DNA from: Marsupella aquatica | Taxonomy: Eukaryota; Plantae; Marchantiophyta | Reading direction: 5' to 3' | Assembly: GCA_973895155.1 (NCBI GenBank) | Contig: OZ316899.1 | Coordinates: 10,815,135 to 10,879,134 of the forward strand | DNA: 64,000 nt | Shown here: positions 10,758 to 24,541 of the stretch, in pieces | Numbering within the stretch: the stretch's first letter is position 1 | Layout of the letters: each line of letters starts with the position of its first letter | Made by a program: the position numbers and the translations under genes | The notes under the pieces: model-generated | Database searches by the model: none | Seen by the model: only the letters and a program-made list of their open reading frames with translations | What the model was told of the DNA's origin: nothing

Positions 10758-13700
10758 TCAAACCTGGTCCTCATCCTCTCCTCCATTTGACACAATAATA
10801 ACGTCAGGTTTTTCTGAGATAATGGAACGGGACCGTGGCACATACGGTATAACAACTGACCACTCTGGGTCTGGTGGGTACGGAATATAGAAACACTGCT
10901 CAAGGTGACTTGGGAATGTAAATGGTTCAGATGTTTGCCAATGAGATGGTTGAAAGCTAGTTGCTGATGTCTTCAGTCGAGTAAACCCACACTCATCAAG
11001 AAGTACCGTGCGATTATCACCAACCAGGTGAATTTTGAACCACTTACACTTGAAGACATACTCTTCAAAGTTGGAATCGGCATCATAGGATATGATCAAG
11101 ATCTCCTCAATCTTCCCATAGTGAGGCACCACATCTCTGATCACATTAGTGTCATGACGGCTACTTTGTGAATCTTGCATGAACTGCCCTTGAACTCCAC
11201 AATCAAAAGTTCTTCCCCTCTTCTCATCAAGGTCAGAAATCCTGAAATGCCTCGTGTCCACATTGCTGTTCTGGTCTGAACAAGTCTTAAAGGACCATGA
11301 ACAATTGTTCGAACCTCAGGAGTCATATCTGGAAAATGTGATACATTCTCACCTTGGGCCACCATAGCATCCAACTGAAGTACTTTCTCCTTCATATACT
11401 CAAGGAACTTTGGAAAGATCCTTGGGTGACAACTCTCCCTCTTTGCATCCTCATAAAACTCTCTCCAATCTTCCATCACATTGCTGTTACTCAACATGAA
11501 AGTACTAACCTGTGTCAACTCCACTGCGGTTAGTAAGCGTGTTTTTTTTGCACCTGTTAAACGGTCCTCCTCCACTTCCCTCTCTTCCATCCAAGTGCGT
11601 GGACAACTAGGATCAATGGTAGCTAAGATGTTACTACAATAAAACATACTCTCAGCTGCCAAGTATCCAGTTGCCATGCTCCCCTCCACTCGTGCACGGT
11701 TCCGTACATAAGCCTTTAACACGGCCATATACCTTTCCAGCCAATACATCCACCTACAATGCACCGGACCGGCAATGGCAACCTCCCTCACAAGATGAAC
11801 GAGAAGATGCACCTGACAATCAAAGAAGGAGGGAGGGAAGGCCTTCTCCAACTTGCATACCACCTCTGCTGCCAATACCTCCATCCGTGGTATCTCTTCT
11901 TCATATATTTCCTTTGAGCATATCCATCTCAACAAAGTGCCCAGTGACCAAAGGGCGTCTTGCACTTCTTCACTCCCCAAACCTATGATTGCCACAGGAA
12001 GTATATGTTGTAGTAAATGATGATAGTCATGTGTCTTGAGATACATTGGCCATTTATGACTGTCCTCCATCCCAAAAGCCTTACGTAGATTGGCACCATA
12101 GCCTGTAGGAAACCGCATCTGCCCTATGCGTTGTCGAAACTCTCTTCTTTCACCAACACTCAAAACCCATGGAGCTGAAGGACGATGTTCCATCCCTGTG
12201 GATTCATCAACTGTTATCCATACATCTGGATGTCGTTCTAGATCCTGGCATGCCTCCCTAAAATTAATGTTCTTTTCCCCATAAAAGTGCTTGATCAAAG
12301 CCTTCCCAACATTTCCCTCTATATGCATGGGGTCTAACAAGTGATGAATTTTCAACTCAGGCCAATAGGGCAAAGTGACCAGTATACTCCACCTTGTCAA
12401 TCCACTACCATCAAATCCCATGGCATCTTCAGGGTCTGCCACCCTATCAGCTATGGATTTCCAATACAAAAATGTTGTGTGGTCAGGTATCTCACGCTCA
12501 TCACCATTGATCATGTCAAAGTCTGAAAACAAAAGGGGGTCAGACCTCATGTGATGCCCAAGTGGAAGAAACTTGGTATGACCAAGGTAGATTATCTTGT
12601 GCAGCCATTTTGAGTACTTGGCCATATCGTGAAGGCTTGGACCACAAGTGGAGCATGCCTTGTACCCTTGAGTTTGGAACCCAGAAACAAACCCAAACCC
12701 TGCTCACAAAATAACATTCTCAATTAGAGTCAAAGGAATTGAAAAGTTCATGTACATAGAATTAAAGAGGGACTTCCTTCCAAACAAACTTGATCTCCAA
12801 TACATGAAAAAAATACAAATCCATACCACTCACCTAGATAGTCATGCATGGTCCACATAATGATTCCCTTCAATTGGAAGACACGTGGTAACCCTCCTGT
12901 AGTTGTCCGACCATCATATGCCCATACACCCCCCCCATAATTTATGGAGTTCCCCAACCAAGAGCGCCAAGTAGGTGTCCATGTTTTTTACCTTAGATGG
13001 ACCTGGGATAATCAATGATAGCAATAAGAATCCCTTTTTCATGGACAACCATGGGGGAAGGTTGTAATTCATAACAACCACCGGCCAAACCGAAGTAGGG
13101 CGCCCTTTCCCTCCAAGGGAGTGTGGGCTCACCCCATCTGATGCCAACCCCAACCTCACATGATGAGGGTCACGTGCAAACTCTGGCCATTGTGACTCCA
13201 CATGCTTGTGAGCAGGGGAATCAACTGGCAACCGCATGACACCAGCCTCTGATCGATGTGTCTTATGCCATACCATCAATTCTGCCAAGTCAGAACATTG
13301 GTACATGTGCAACAATCAAGGAATAATAGGAAACCAATGAACAACTTTTCTAGGCACCTTTGAGGTCAACATGTTGGTTTCATATCGAGGCTCTTGACAA
13401 ATTGGACACTCAGTTGCGCTGGCATTGGTCTCATGATAGAGAATGCAGTCATTCACACAAGCATGAATGATATGGTATTCCATGCCAATGGATGATAGAA
13501 CCCTCTTTGCCTCCTTCCAAATTCTTGGCAACACATATTCACTGGGTAACAAGAGATCATGGCAAATTACAAACAAATCCGATAGTAGCGCATTGCTTGC
13601 CTTGTGTTTTGCCTGAGGATTCATCAATGCCAAGATGGCAGATAGTCTATTCAAACGAGCACCCCCATAAATAGGTGTTCTAGCATGTGCCTCAGCTTCT

Positions 13701-13929
13701 TCCCATTGTTTTTGTCCTTCAGGTGTACGTTGAGACCTTGGATCATGTGCAACATTTGGTGGAGGATCTCCTTCATTGGGTGGGACACCTCCTTCACCAC
13801 CAATGTCTACACCAAACCAATCTGTCATGAAGTCATCCATGGTTGACTCTTGGTCTTGCATGACCTCATAATCTGTCCGAGGTGCCCCTTCATCTGGACT
13901 GTCATTATCATTGTCACTTGATGAGGAAT
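10758..13929 (-). pseudogene. tnpD: CACTA TnpD/TNP2 transposase, main exons (Transposase_21, DUF4218-, DUF4216-like)
   Basis: IHACVNDCILY..CPICQEPRY, VRLGLASDGVSP, WPVVVMNYNLPPW, LDPMHIEGNV, LKTHDYH, FPPSFFD..HL, GPVHCRWMY..ERYM, YGKIEEI..FKCKWF. Small intron ~12700-12830; several frameshifts and stops. Confidence 0.95.
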
Positions 13930-14676
13930 CTGCTGATGATGTTATAATACATGTCCCTAAAGTGGGTATGATAGCCACGACAGAAAACAGAAAACAGAAA
14001 ACCTATTACCAGGGGTTTATTTTTTGTTAACAGGGAAATTGTACCTGTTACCAATAAGCTTGTCCCTGTTACCAGTTTTGCCTGAACCATAACGTGCATA
14101 TCCACCACTCTAAGGTGCATATCCACCACTCTAATGGCATAATTTTTCGGGGGGCAATAAAGTTTAAAACAAACAATTATTTTGTGCCATCCGATGGATG
14201 AAGTGTACTATCAATCCTCCATTGACACAACAATTTATTGTAGAAGATAAAAAACATGGTATTAGGAGTGTGCCTAAAGAAACATTCATGCAAAACAATC
14301 TATTTTCATCGCCAAATAGTGACCCTTAGAGTGGGACCCACCATAGCACATGTCAATCATGGAGTCCAAATGAACCCAATCTAAAGGAGTTGATTAAATG
14401 GACCTTGTAACGTCACAAACAAATGACAAATCACATCCTCGAGGCTTTGAAGACAGTAGACAATTTAATCAACTTACACATTTTAAATAAAACAAGAGGT
14501 CATTCTTCCACAATGCACGTACATAATGAAGCAATGAATATCCGGTTTCCTAGAACCAGCGCCCGACGCTAACCAACAAAGTCTCAATAAAACAACTAAA
14601 ATATCCGTTGGAAAAAGACAAAATAGGGAATAACCGTTATATTGAACGACGACCTATTGGGCAGTTTCGATCTCTC

Positions 14677-17600
14677 TCATAAGCCATTCAAGTTCTGCCT
14701 CTCCAGCACAAGCCTGACTTCGCCTAAAGTCAAAATAGGTTGGCTACAAAGAGTTGACTCCTCAATCTCAAGTTTGAAAACATTTATGTACACCCAGTAT
14801 AGATGTTTGCAAGGCATGTACGACTTGCCACGCGAATGTCGGAGGAAGAAGTCTTCACAAGAGCAAGCGGGGAAGATACAGATTTGGACGAAGTATGTGC
14901 TTGGTGATCGATGGTTCTCATGGGTTCGAATTCGAAATTGCTTTCCAAAAGCATTTCCGGTCTGAACATTCCATTCCCCATCCAAACTCATCACTTCTTG
15001 TCGTGCAGACTCCATTCGCTTCGTGTGACCCACAGTGAGATTAGACCGAGGCCTTGAGTTTCTCCCATTCCGACTACCAAGTCGGAGATTCGGCTCCAAA
15101 AACCTTATTGTTTCTGGGAACACGTTAACATTTATCCTGAGGTCAAAAGCAGATGGCGCAGATCGACTCAATCCTGTTGTTCGCGCTAATACAAGTCCTT
15201 GCTCTTCCAGGAATGTAATTTCAGAAGGAGATAGGCTCGTACCCTTCAAAATAGGCAAAATGTTAGGAAAAGGAGGAAGCTTCTGAACACCACGACGCGG
15301 ATGACTCTTGTAACACGCTTGGTTCGGGCAAAACCAAATCATTTCGGAGATGGGTTCGCCCCTGAAGAGACGATGGCCCTTCACGACAATTCCGACAACA
15401 CCTTCAGACGAATGGAAGCCAACCTTCTTGATACGATTTCGACACTCATCGCGATCCGAACTCCCATTCAGTGTACCATTGCATTGCGGACCTGCTCCAT
15501 ACTTCGATGTCCGTCGCAACTGCCACTGCCCCGGAGGGACATCCTTCTCTAGCACAATCGTGCGTGGAAGTTGATTCTGAAGTGTTGCTGGGGCACTGAG
15601 CGGAGGTTTTGAGGATCTTGTTGTTCGGGTTGTTTGAGGAGTATAGTCCAGTGAATCAGTATCACTCTCTGATGTGACCATACCTGAGAGATTCACCACC
15701 TTTGTGACAGGATGATCAGAACTTGAGGGAATAGAAGAAAAGTCAGTTCTGTTCAGGTTCTTCCTTTTCAAACCACGAGTATTTGGTGTGGTTATTAGAA
15801 CGGTGTCATGCCGATGGGAATCTTGTGGAGAGACAGTCCCAGTTGCATGTCCCTTCCTCTTCATTGACTTCGTCATTATATCTCCATTCAGGGGAGTACT
15901 TCTTTCCAAATCAAAGTTTGTTGCGTTAGATAGAAGCATATTAGTCGCTTCTTCAAACAATCTTGGCGAACCTGCTTGATCGGCGGAACGGAACGCCAAT
16001 TCCCATATAGTTGGCCCCTTCCCCCGGTTCAAGCCTTTACGGTATGCACTGTATCCGGCAACTTGGGACAGAGCACGGTTTTGGTCAACTTCGCAAGCTT
16101 CATAAAGACCGACCTTTTTCTTTGTAGCCGAGGCTTTCATGGACGCATGCCTTGATTCTGACCCTGTACAGTTGGGGATCAAGGCACCTTCCTCAGCGCT
16201 TTTGCTCTGCCATACGAAAATGTCAACCGTAAGTAGTATTCTATTACCAGCGCCCGGCGCTGGCAACATAAATATGTAGAACAGGCCTGAAATACAATTT
16301 CAATGTTTAATACTGAATTCTAACTACATATTGGCTTCAATTTCTTGTACTACTTGTTTTGACGTGTATGGAGAAAATAACCAGCGCCTGGCGCTAATAT
16401 GAAGTTGATGAACATTACAGTCTAGATAGATGGATGCCTTACCACTCGAATAAAATTGCCCCACTGGCGCCAGCGAACAACCCACCAAGATATCCAGCTT
16501 TGCAGCATCTTCAGCTTTCCGGGGACACAGTTTCCTGATTGCCACCACACAACAATCTCTCGGGACACCCGGTATGCTGCCACAAATGATGGAGCATTTC
16601 TCAGTTTCTCCCAAAGTCTCCGATGCTCCGATTGACATTCTTCCAGTACTCTTTCCTTGGAATGACGATGAAAAGATTGATAAAAGTGAAATGCATCAGA
16701 GCGCTCCCTCTCTGGGTCCGGGTGTCCACCAAAAAAAACATTTCGCACTGCATTCCATCCAGCTTGTGCATTGTCGGCCATAAATCCTTGGATGACAACC
16801 TCCTGAAGTTCATTTTCTTTGCAAACCTCAATCATCACTCTCCATGCCTTTTCGAAGGACTCAGTGTCTTCACCTTTCAACTCGCATGTGAAAATTGTAC
16901 ACAGTGCACGGAAATTGTGGTCGTAGACGTGTGCGCTGAAAGTAAACCAATCCGTGGTGACACGCTGCATCACATCGAAACTTACCCAGGCTCCTTCGAG
17001 TCTTCCACCCGGTTGCATCTGCCTCAAAAGATCCACACCGGAACCGTGACCTTTCACGGTCATTTTAAAGATGTGAGGCCTATCGTTCTGACATCCCTGA
17101 CCTGGAAGCAAATACCTCTGGAGAAACGACACATGAATCCTCCTCTGCATTTGCGAGAGAAAATCTAATTCACCCCGACCTTTTTGGTCTATCCTAACGC
17201 TCTGACAAAGAGATGCAAACTTCTGCGGAGTGGAAAGGACCATCAGAGACTTCCATATTTCAGTTTCTTCGATATCGACCATGTCGTCAACATGTTCGCA
17301 GAGAGATTTCACTAAGGACCCTGTAGCAGAATTCAAGATCCCTGCCGGTTTTGACAGAGGATTGGCTTCATGTTTTTTTTTAATTAGATCCTCAGCTATC
17401 TTCTCCGCACTCCTACAGAAGGTTTTTCTACCTGGATGGTTGTGCTCACCTATATGAATTGCCAGGCGGGACATATGACTGCATGTTTCCGCATCAAGTA
17501 ATACTTGGGGGTACATGTAAAACAAACGGGCAGGGCGGTACTTCACACAAAAAGGAATCTGTTCGCAGTAATGACAAACAACACCTCCCTCTTCGATGAA

Positions 17601-18482
17601 AGATCCCACAGCATACTGACCACTGAGCTTTGGAGTACCCTGCCATGCCTTAGCATTTGCCTTCTTCTTCCTTTGGAAATAGTCGCAGGACTTGTTCCTG
17701 CATTCAATGAATCCCGTACAGGTAACCTTCCCAAACTGCCAAAGGTTTTTAGGATGAACAGTTGCAATTGTTGGAAATATGCGTGTCCAAATGTAACAAT
17801 CTTTGGCACGATCCATGTCCCTAAGCCTAGAGCCTTTAGAGAGCATCTTATCAATGGGCGGCAACTCAAACATGATGTTACCATTGTACTTAGTTGGCAG
17901 ACAGGACACTTGTTCATGCCTGAAATGACCCGCTGATATGAACCGTGACAACTCACTATGACCAGTTGATTTGAGTAACGTATCCATCGCACTGCGCCGG
18001 TACACGACCTCCAACTGCTTAGAGCTTCCCGGAGTCTCAGCTTTCACGACAGCAGGGAGCGGGCTTTTCTTCTTTGACGGTGGACTTAGAGTACGATCTC
18101 CATCCTCACTTGAAGAAATCTCAACCACATCACATGGAACCAGCGGGAAACTGGACAGTCCTGCATGCTGTCTTAAACAAACTGAGTACGAGATCCCTGC
18201 GTAGAGATGCCAAAACCGTTCACCGTCATCGACATTGAACGTTGCAGCATCCTCGATATCATCAATGGATTCAAGCTCTCGAACAATGGCCTCAATGTCA
18301 TTCATCTTCAAATCAAATCTCCCGCAGAGATACCTCTCCCGGACCTGCTTGTACGTATCTTCCATGGGGACGGGGATAGTCACAATATCTTCATAACCGA
18401 ATCGAGAAAGAACGATAGACCGAGACATGGTGAACAAAAACAAAAACCGAGGGCTATAGCGTTTGAAAGAAGAAAAGTTCAT
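14677..18482 (-). CDS. MULE transposase with GCM-like Zn domain, DDE core and C-terminal SWIM finger; two exons (18482-16443, 16206-14677)
   Basis: CTGFIECRNKSC...CHYC...HIGEHNHP (GCM/WRKY-like); WVSFDVM, GFMADNAQAGWNAV, SDAFHFYQS, GSESRH; CSCEDF...PCKHLYWV (SWIM). GTAAGG..GCAG intron joins the two ORFs in phase 0. Confidence 0.85.
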
Positions 18483-19392
18483 GGTATTGTTCAGCTTATA
18501 TCTGTCGAACCTGGGAATTTGACGTTAACCGATCCGTTTGTATACGACATAAAACATTGACGATGGAGGATCCGTTGGCACCATAAATGATTTTTGTCGT
18601 TTTTTCCCCGAGAAGTCCGGATGTCAGACACGAACATATTGCTAAAAAGATCACCAACCTTACTTAAACAGACCATAAGATATGACAAGGTATTGTCAAA
18701 TTTTAGTAGCGCCTGGCGCTAACTAAAATATGCCACTAAAAATGTGTCTGAAATCTTGACATTCCAAACTAGCGCCCGACGCTAGTATAGAATAAATTCC
18801 CTTAAAATGAACATTATGACCACATACCAGGTGGTAATTGGGAATAAATGGTGCCTTCAAAGGATGGTTTTGATTGATTATGGATGATAAATGAACATTT
18901 ATACTAGCGCCGGGGGCTAGTATTACATTTGAGAAATATTTCTCCGTAAACGATGTACTGAAGGATACTTTAATAAAATATGGGGGTGGAAAGGCCGAAA
19001 TTTATGTCATAGCTCCTTCAAAAAAGACCTCTAAATTTCTTCCAGTTTATACTAGCGTCGGGCGCTATTATAAGCATACTCTAAATTGTTCACCTTGATG
19101 GTCATCATTAATGCTAGCGCCCGGCGCTAGTATTGATATGATGTTAGGAAATGTCTTTAACGGTAACATTCAACGGTAACTTATGACTTCCGTGTGTGTT
19201 ACGCATCTTCTACCGTTTGATTTTGGTAATTAAACCTTCCGTATACAGACGTTGGAAACCGCCAAACATCAGAGCTAATGGCTTTCCTCTAGGTTATGTC
19301 ATCCTCCCGCTAGAATATATTACACGTTTAGAGATGATTATAGTTCCATAATTTCATTGTACGATAGTTCGTACGCTTCTAGAAGGAAGACG

Positions 19393-22300
19393 ATGGAGGT
19401 ATTCCCCTCTTCTTCCAGAGGGTATAGTGTGGTTCCTGACCAGGAGCGAGCTTATTCTGAATCTTCGCAGTCTTCGTTTACTGGTTCAGTCTATACACGT
19501 CGTGTAACTCGTTCCTCAAAGTTGTTGCCGCTCACTTCTGTCAGCGGTGTTTTGGGTCCAAATCCTTTGCGAAGAAAGATGGACAACGTAGACATAATTG
19601 CGATCCAGGATGTTGCGGATTGCGCGCTTGCTGAGACTGATCTCATTTCGAAGCATGTCATGTCTTTTGGAAAGGATTCTCGTGGATTTGACAAGGAGCC
19701 GCCTCGAATCCCTCTGTGTCGATTGGTTCACATGGAGGTGGTTCGTACTCCGCAGAAAGACAGCTCTTCCATCGAGAAGCTGAAAGACTCTTTTCATAGT
19801 ATGGGTTACAACTCTTCGATAGGGATGCATTTCTATGTGCAGCCAATGGATGAGAACGGAATTGTTCTGACCTGTACCCAGGACATTCGTGATTCATGGG
19901 ATCCAATATGGCAATTGGAGAACGAGAAGTTTGAGGCTGAATGCGAGGCTAACCCGGATTTTCTCGTCTTGAAGGATAAGATGTTCTCTGTATTCGATGG
20001 AAATCACAGGCTGTACTCCTGGACGCTTGTAACAGAGGAGAACCCGGACAATCCAAAATATCATCCTCGTGTGCTCTGTACAATATTTAAAGGAGACAAG
20101 GGATCTCTCATTGAAATTGAGGCAGCTATGCACACCGTGAATCAGTAAGTTCTCATGATTTCCAGTTCTTTCTTTAAATCTTGCGAGTGCTGTATTTACT
20201 AGCGCTCGGCGCTGCTTATACATGAATTGTTTTTCATTGACTCTTACTCTCAACGTTTGTTCGTGTAGGCTTGGCCAAGCAGTTGTAGAGCCTTCCTGGA
20301 TCCTGGATGCGGACAAAATCAAACGAATTCTGGCGCATGACCTTGAGTATTACAGTAAACTGATTGACCCGGGTAATTTCAAGAAGTTTGAAAGCATTCG
20401 GCTGAAAACTCGGAAGGGGTCATGGTATACAAAGAAGATGCCACAAGAAGCACTTGTTTACATTCTTTGTGAGAATAAGATAAAGTCGTACTCGCATCAA
20501 TTCAAACTCGACATGGAGGCAGCGGAGGCTCAAGGGAGTCCATGGTCGGCGGACAAGATTTCAAAATGGCATGCGGCCATGATGAAAGACGCAACCAAAG
20601 ATTGGGCAGTGAAGTCTTCAAAAATTACGCCCTTATTAAGTCCTGAATTTGAAGATTTCCTCAGTACATGTGCAGAAATGTATGTTGTCACAGAGAGAAA
20701 CAAGAGAGAGAAGAAGCCTGACACCGTTGTATGTACGATGGACCGCGCACGATTGTTCACCGCTGTTTCTGCTCTAGACCCAAAGTTACGAAGCACTTTA
20801 CTTGTGGTACATTGCAATCCTGAGCTGCGGAGACAGTTTTTTCACCCAGCAAGTGTTAACGATGATCCAGTCAAACAGTGGTGCCACACTTGGATCACTT
20901 GGAATAGTGTGGAGGGAATTGTTGCTGGCATGTTACATTCATGTCTACGTGAAGTTGAGCAAACCATGCCCGCGAATAGATTGGAAGAGTGGAATTGTAG
21001 TTCGTTTGATGATCTAGTTCAGTTTGTTACAAATGAATTCAAGAGATTTGGTGATTCCGTGAAGAATAAGTTCTTTCACACTATGTGGCCTTCAAAGTAC
21101 CCTGACAAAGAAGATTACACCCAGAGAAACCAGAAGCGAGCGAAGAGGTTTGTGTATAGGTTCTACATGCACATGGAGGTAACCAAACCTGATTACTTCT
21201 GGGCATATCCTGCAGCTTTTATGAAGTGGATTTCAATAAGTGAAGATGATGCCTTGGCTGATTTGTACTCTATGTACCCCACGGAGGGCATATTTCCTCC
21301 GAGACCAATGACAAAATGGGAGAGAACTCACTGCCCCTGGTATCTAGATACAGATAGATGGGATTCTCCTTTTGATCAAAGGGAAAAAGATGCCTTCCAT
21401 AAGCTTTCAAAGTCTCAGATACCAGCAAAACTTGTGTCCGACATGAAGCAGGGTCTACTTGACGATGTAGACAAGTCTGCCACAAACTTGCAAACTATCT
21501 GTGAAACAACTGTTGTGCATGTGGACCGGAGTCGCAAACCTCGCGCGAAAGCCAAAGCAGAGCTAGCAGCACCGAGCGAGTCTACTAAATCTGGAAAGAA
21601 GAGTAAGTATTGCTATCCATGATTTTGCCAGCGCCAGGCGCTGGCAAAAAATATTATGTTGAGGGTATTCTCTTTCTTGGTTATTAGGCTTCGGTTGCGA
21701 CTTAAGTGAATTGCATTTGGTTAGCGCCAGGCGCTAGCTTCTTTCAATACTTTAAAAGTACTTATTCTAACTACGACCTGGTTATATTTTAGGAGGGAGG
21801 AAGTCTAATACGGTGGGAACGGGAGATACTAAAAAGGATGCTACACCTGAAGTTTCCGAGGCAAACACGGGAGCTCGATCGGACCCCATTACTCCAGTCG
21901 ACAAAGGGAAGGTTATAGTTCCTATCGACGCCACGAGTACCAGGAAGAAATGAAAGAGAGCTGTTGAAGGTGGACAATCTTTAAGGGAGAGTGTTATAGC
22001 TTCTAGTTTCCAACGTGAAGTTGGAAACTTCAAAACAACTGTGTCTCGCCATTGCATGGTTGAGACAAGCCTTTCTGAATTTTTTGACTCGACGTTCAAC
22101 AAGGAGGAGAAGCCCGAGTGGGTTAGTGATGTGGAGAAATGGGGAAAAGACCTCGTTAAGTTGGGATTTAAAGAGAAGGGAGTTGTTCGGGGGGGAAAAG
22201 TAAGATCGTTTGGAGTGGATGCCGGCTTCATTTACCTACCGACCGGGTTCAAACCATCTATCATTGATAAGAAGGTTCCTAAATGGAACATTCCAGATCA

Positions 22301-23483
22301 CTCAATGGCGAGATCTTTTTTCAAATCCATGGATCCATTTTTATCAGATGATGGGTTCCTTGTAATTCTACACAATGGGGAGTACGATCCCATGTCGCAA
22401 GTCATTGCTGCCTGTCAGGAGTCAAGGAAATTTCAGTGTATATGCTCGCATAATGTTGTGATGTCTGACCCGATGTATGCGGCAAAGACAGACCGAGAGA
22501 TGTTTACCCTCAGGCTCGACATATTTGGCCGAATTAATGGGAAATGTAAAATTCCCAAAGACCCCAAATTTCGGCCGCTGTCCATCAGTGAGGACCCTTC
22601 GGTTACCAATTTGATCGGACTCTCTTCGCTCAAATCAGATCCATTCCCGCAAATGGAGTTTGCTGGAAATGCTCGTCTGTCTGTGGGTTTTATGCAATCT
22701 GTTATAGAGCTTGTCACACGGCCTCGTGATATTTTTATGGATTGGACTGCTGGGGTTGGAGGCTCTTACATTGCTGGCGACTTCTCTGGACGATTTGTAC
22801 TCGGGATAGAACACCGGAAAGAATTTATTGAAACCGCTTCAAAGGTTTTCATGGATTTGTTGTCTCCCAAAGAGATTGCAGTGTTACCTCCACCTGTTCC
22901 TACTGCCGACAGAAAAAAGAGAGATAAGCTTCGGTCGGTTCTCAATTTTGATTCTGATGATGAATCGAGTGAAGGTGGAGAGGAACAAGGTACAAGAAAC
23001 TCTGAGAATGAAAAGGGAGAGCGTCGTGCAGCTGCAGATGAAACCGATAGTGATGACTCTTCCGAGTAATGTTCATAAACTCGTAAGCTTCTTTCTCCAT
23101 TCCCGTCAATTCATAACATTTCTTTTGTTGTTTTGGGGAAAGGTGCCTTACAAAATGGACTTTGTTATATCAGGTCAGAGTGGAATGCAAGGAGACGATT
23201 CAAACTGCGGAGGAAGATCGTGAGACACAACGTAGAAACACCGGAAAAACCATTTGTTCTTCCCTCCTATGCAGAGAAAGCCGCAAGGAAAGCAGAAAGT
23301 GCAAGGACACTTTGCTGGGAAAACAAAGGTCTTCGGTTACGAAGGGGTGTTGACCGAAAGTTCATTAAACATCCTTATGTTGATGACTTCTCCCGCAGCC
23401 AGTACATAGATGATGAGGCTGTGTCCACGGACAGATCCCAGAGTACAGATTCTGGTTCCGACTCAGAATCTTCGGAACCGTGA
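19393..23483 (+). CDS. MULE accessory gene: ParB/Srx-like domain + central helical region + beta-class N4C/N6A DNA methyltransferase-like domain (one premature TGA at 21951)
   Basis: Exons 19393-20144, 20269-21602, 21793-23065(23069) and probably 23174-23483, joined in phase by GT-AG. IPLCRL..VR..IEKLKDSFHSMGY..VFDGNHRLYSW (ParB-like); FMQSVIELVTRPRDIFMDWTAGVGGSYIAGDFSGRFVLGIE (MTase motif X/I/II pattern). Confidence 0.75.
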
Positions 23484-23709
23484 GAAGTAGTGGGTAGTTG
23501 AGGCTAAATCTTTTAGCAGCGCCCGGCGCTTGTAACAAGTGTATTATTTCCCTCTGCTGAGGGTCCTTTGAAATTGTTGATTTCTCTCTACTTGTTGATT
23601 ACTTTTGACTTCTGTTCTTTACAAGCGCCTGGCGCTCGCCAAATGGAATCTCTAAATGGCCGTTTAGTCAGTCGTCGGATTGTGTTCTTTAGTCAGTCGT
23701 CGGAAAACC

Positions 23710-23930
23710 GTTGGGGACCATAGTTTAGGGACCGGGCGGAAGGGACGACTATAGTTTCCGTTTAGGTTTGTTCGGGACGACGAGAGTTGGGGACGTCGAT
23801 AGTTGAGGACGACGATAGTTTCAGGAAGACGATAGAACGGGACGTTAGAGCAGGGCGAGAGAACGGGACGATACCTGTTACCAAGGCGAAGATAGTTTCA
23901 GGAGGCAATAGAACGGGATGATGATAGTTT
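23710..23930. repeat. Degenerate tandem array (GGGACGACGATAGTT-like units)
   Basis: gggacgactatagttt, gggacgacgagagtt, gggacgtcgatagtt, ggacgacgatagttt, gaacgggacg etc., about 10 units. Confidence 0.7.
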
Positions 23931-24079
23931 GATGGTCATTTCGGAATGGTAGTGTACGCGGACCTTTATCTGGCGTCTTAGTCTTCACGGACCTTTCTTT
24001 GACCTTTGTTGGCTATAGCACTCACGGACGACGTTCTTACGGGAGGAGAGGTTACATATTAGATTGAGATCTTTGGAAC

Positions 24080-24541
24080 ATGGTGAGTCAGTATGAGCCA
24101 ATGGATTGGGAGGCAGCTTTTCGTCCTTCTCGTGTGCGTCCGGAAGAGAGCCATTTCAGCTCTTTTGAATCGCGGATGGAGACTGAAGAAACTGAAACTT
24201 CCACTTTTCGGAACCGTCATGCTCTCCCGTATGATGAGGCTATTAGTCCTGGAGAGAAGAACATCCCTTGGATTGTTGATTCCCCTACGGCTCCGTTCTC
24301 TAGTCGGTTTTTGTCTCACTCGGGAGTTCTTGTTGATGGGGTACTCCCAATCGATCGAAGAGTACAAGAAATGTTCGGGCGAGTTGATTTTAAGGACAGT
24401 AATATTCCTAATGAACATTTTACGAGGGCTGTTCGTCGAGGACCTTCAGAGGGATACGTTCGTTTGCGTGGTCTCGGCTTCAAGAAAGATCGGCGGAGAG
24501 AAGCAGCAGGAGTGGATGATGATTGCAACTCAGAAAGCTAG
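24080..24541 (+). CDS. Possible third MULE ORF, unknown function
   Basis: 153-aa ATG ORF (with an overlapping 174-aa frame) in a palindrome-free gap between copies; no motif recognised. Confidence 0.3.
   Translation: MVSQYEPMDWEAAFRPSRVRPEESHFSSFESRMETEETETSTFRNRHALPYDEAISPGEKNIPWIVDSPTAPFSSRFLSHSGVLVDGVLPIDRRVQEMFGRVDFKDSNIPNEHFTRAVRRGPSEGYVRLRGLGFKKDRRREAAGVDDDCNSES

Noticed and set aside
19357-23069. Bacterial contamination or prophage as the source of the ParB/MTase genes
   Set aside because: Both genes have phase-consistent GT-AG introns and lie inside TSD-bounded eukaryotic transposons.
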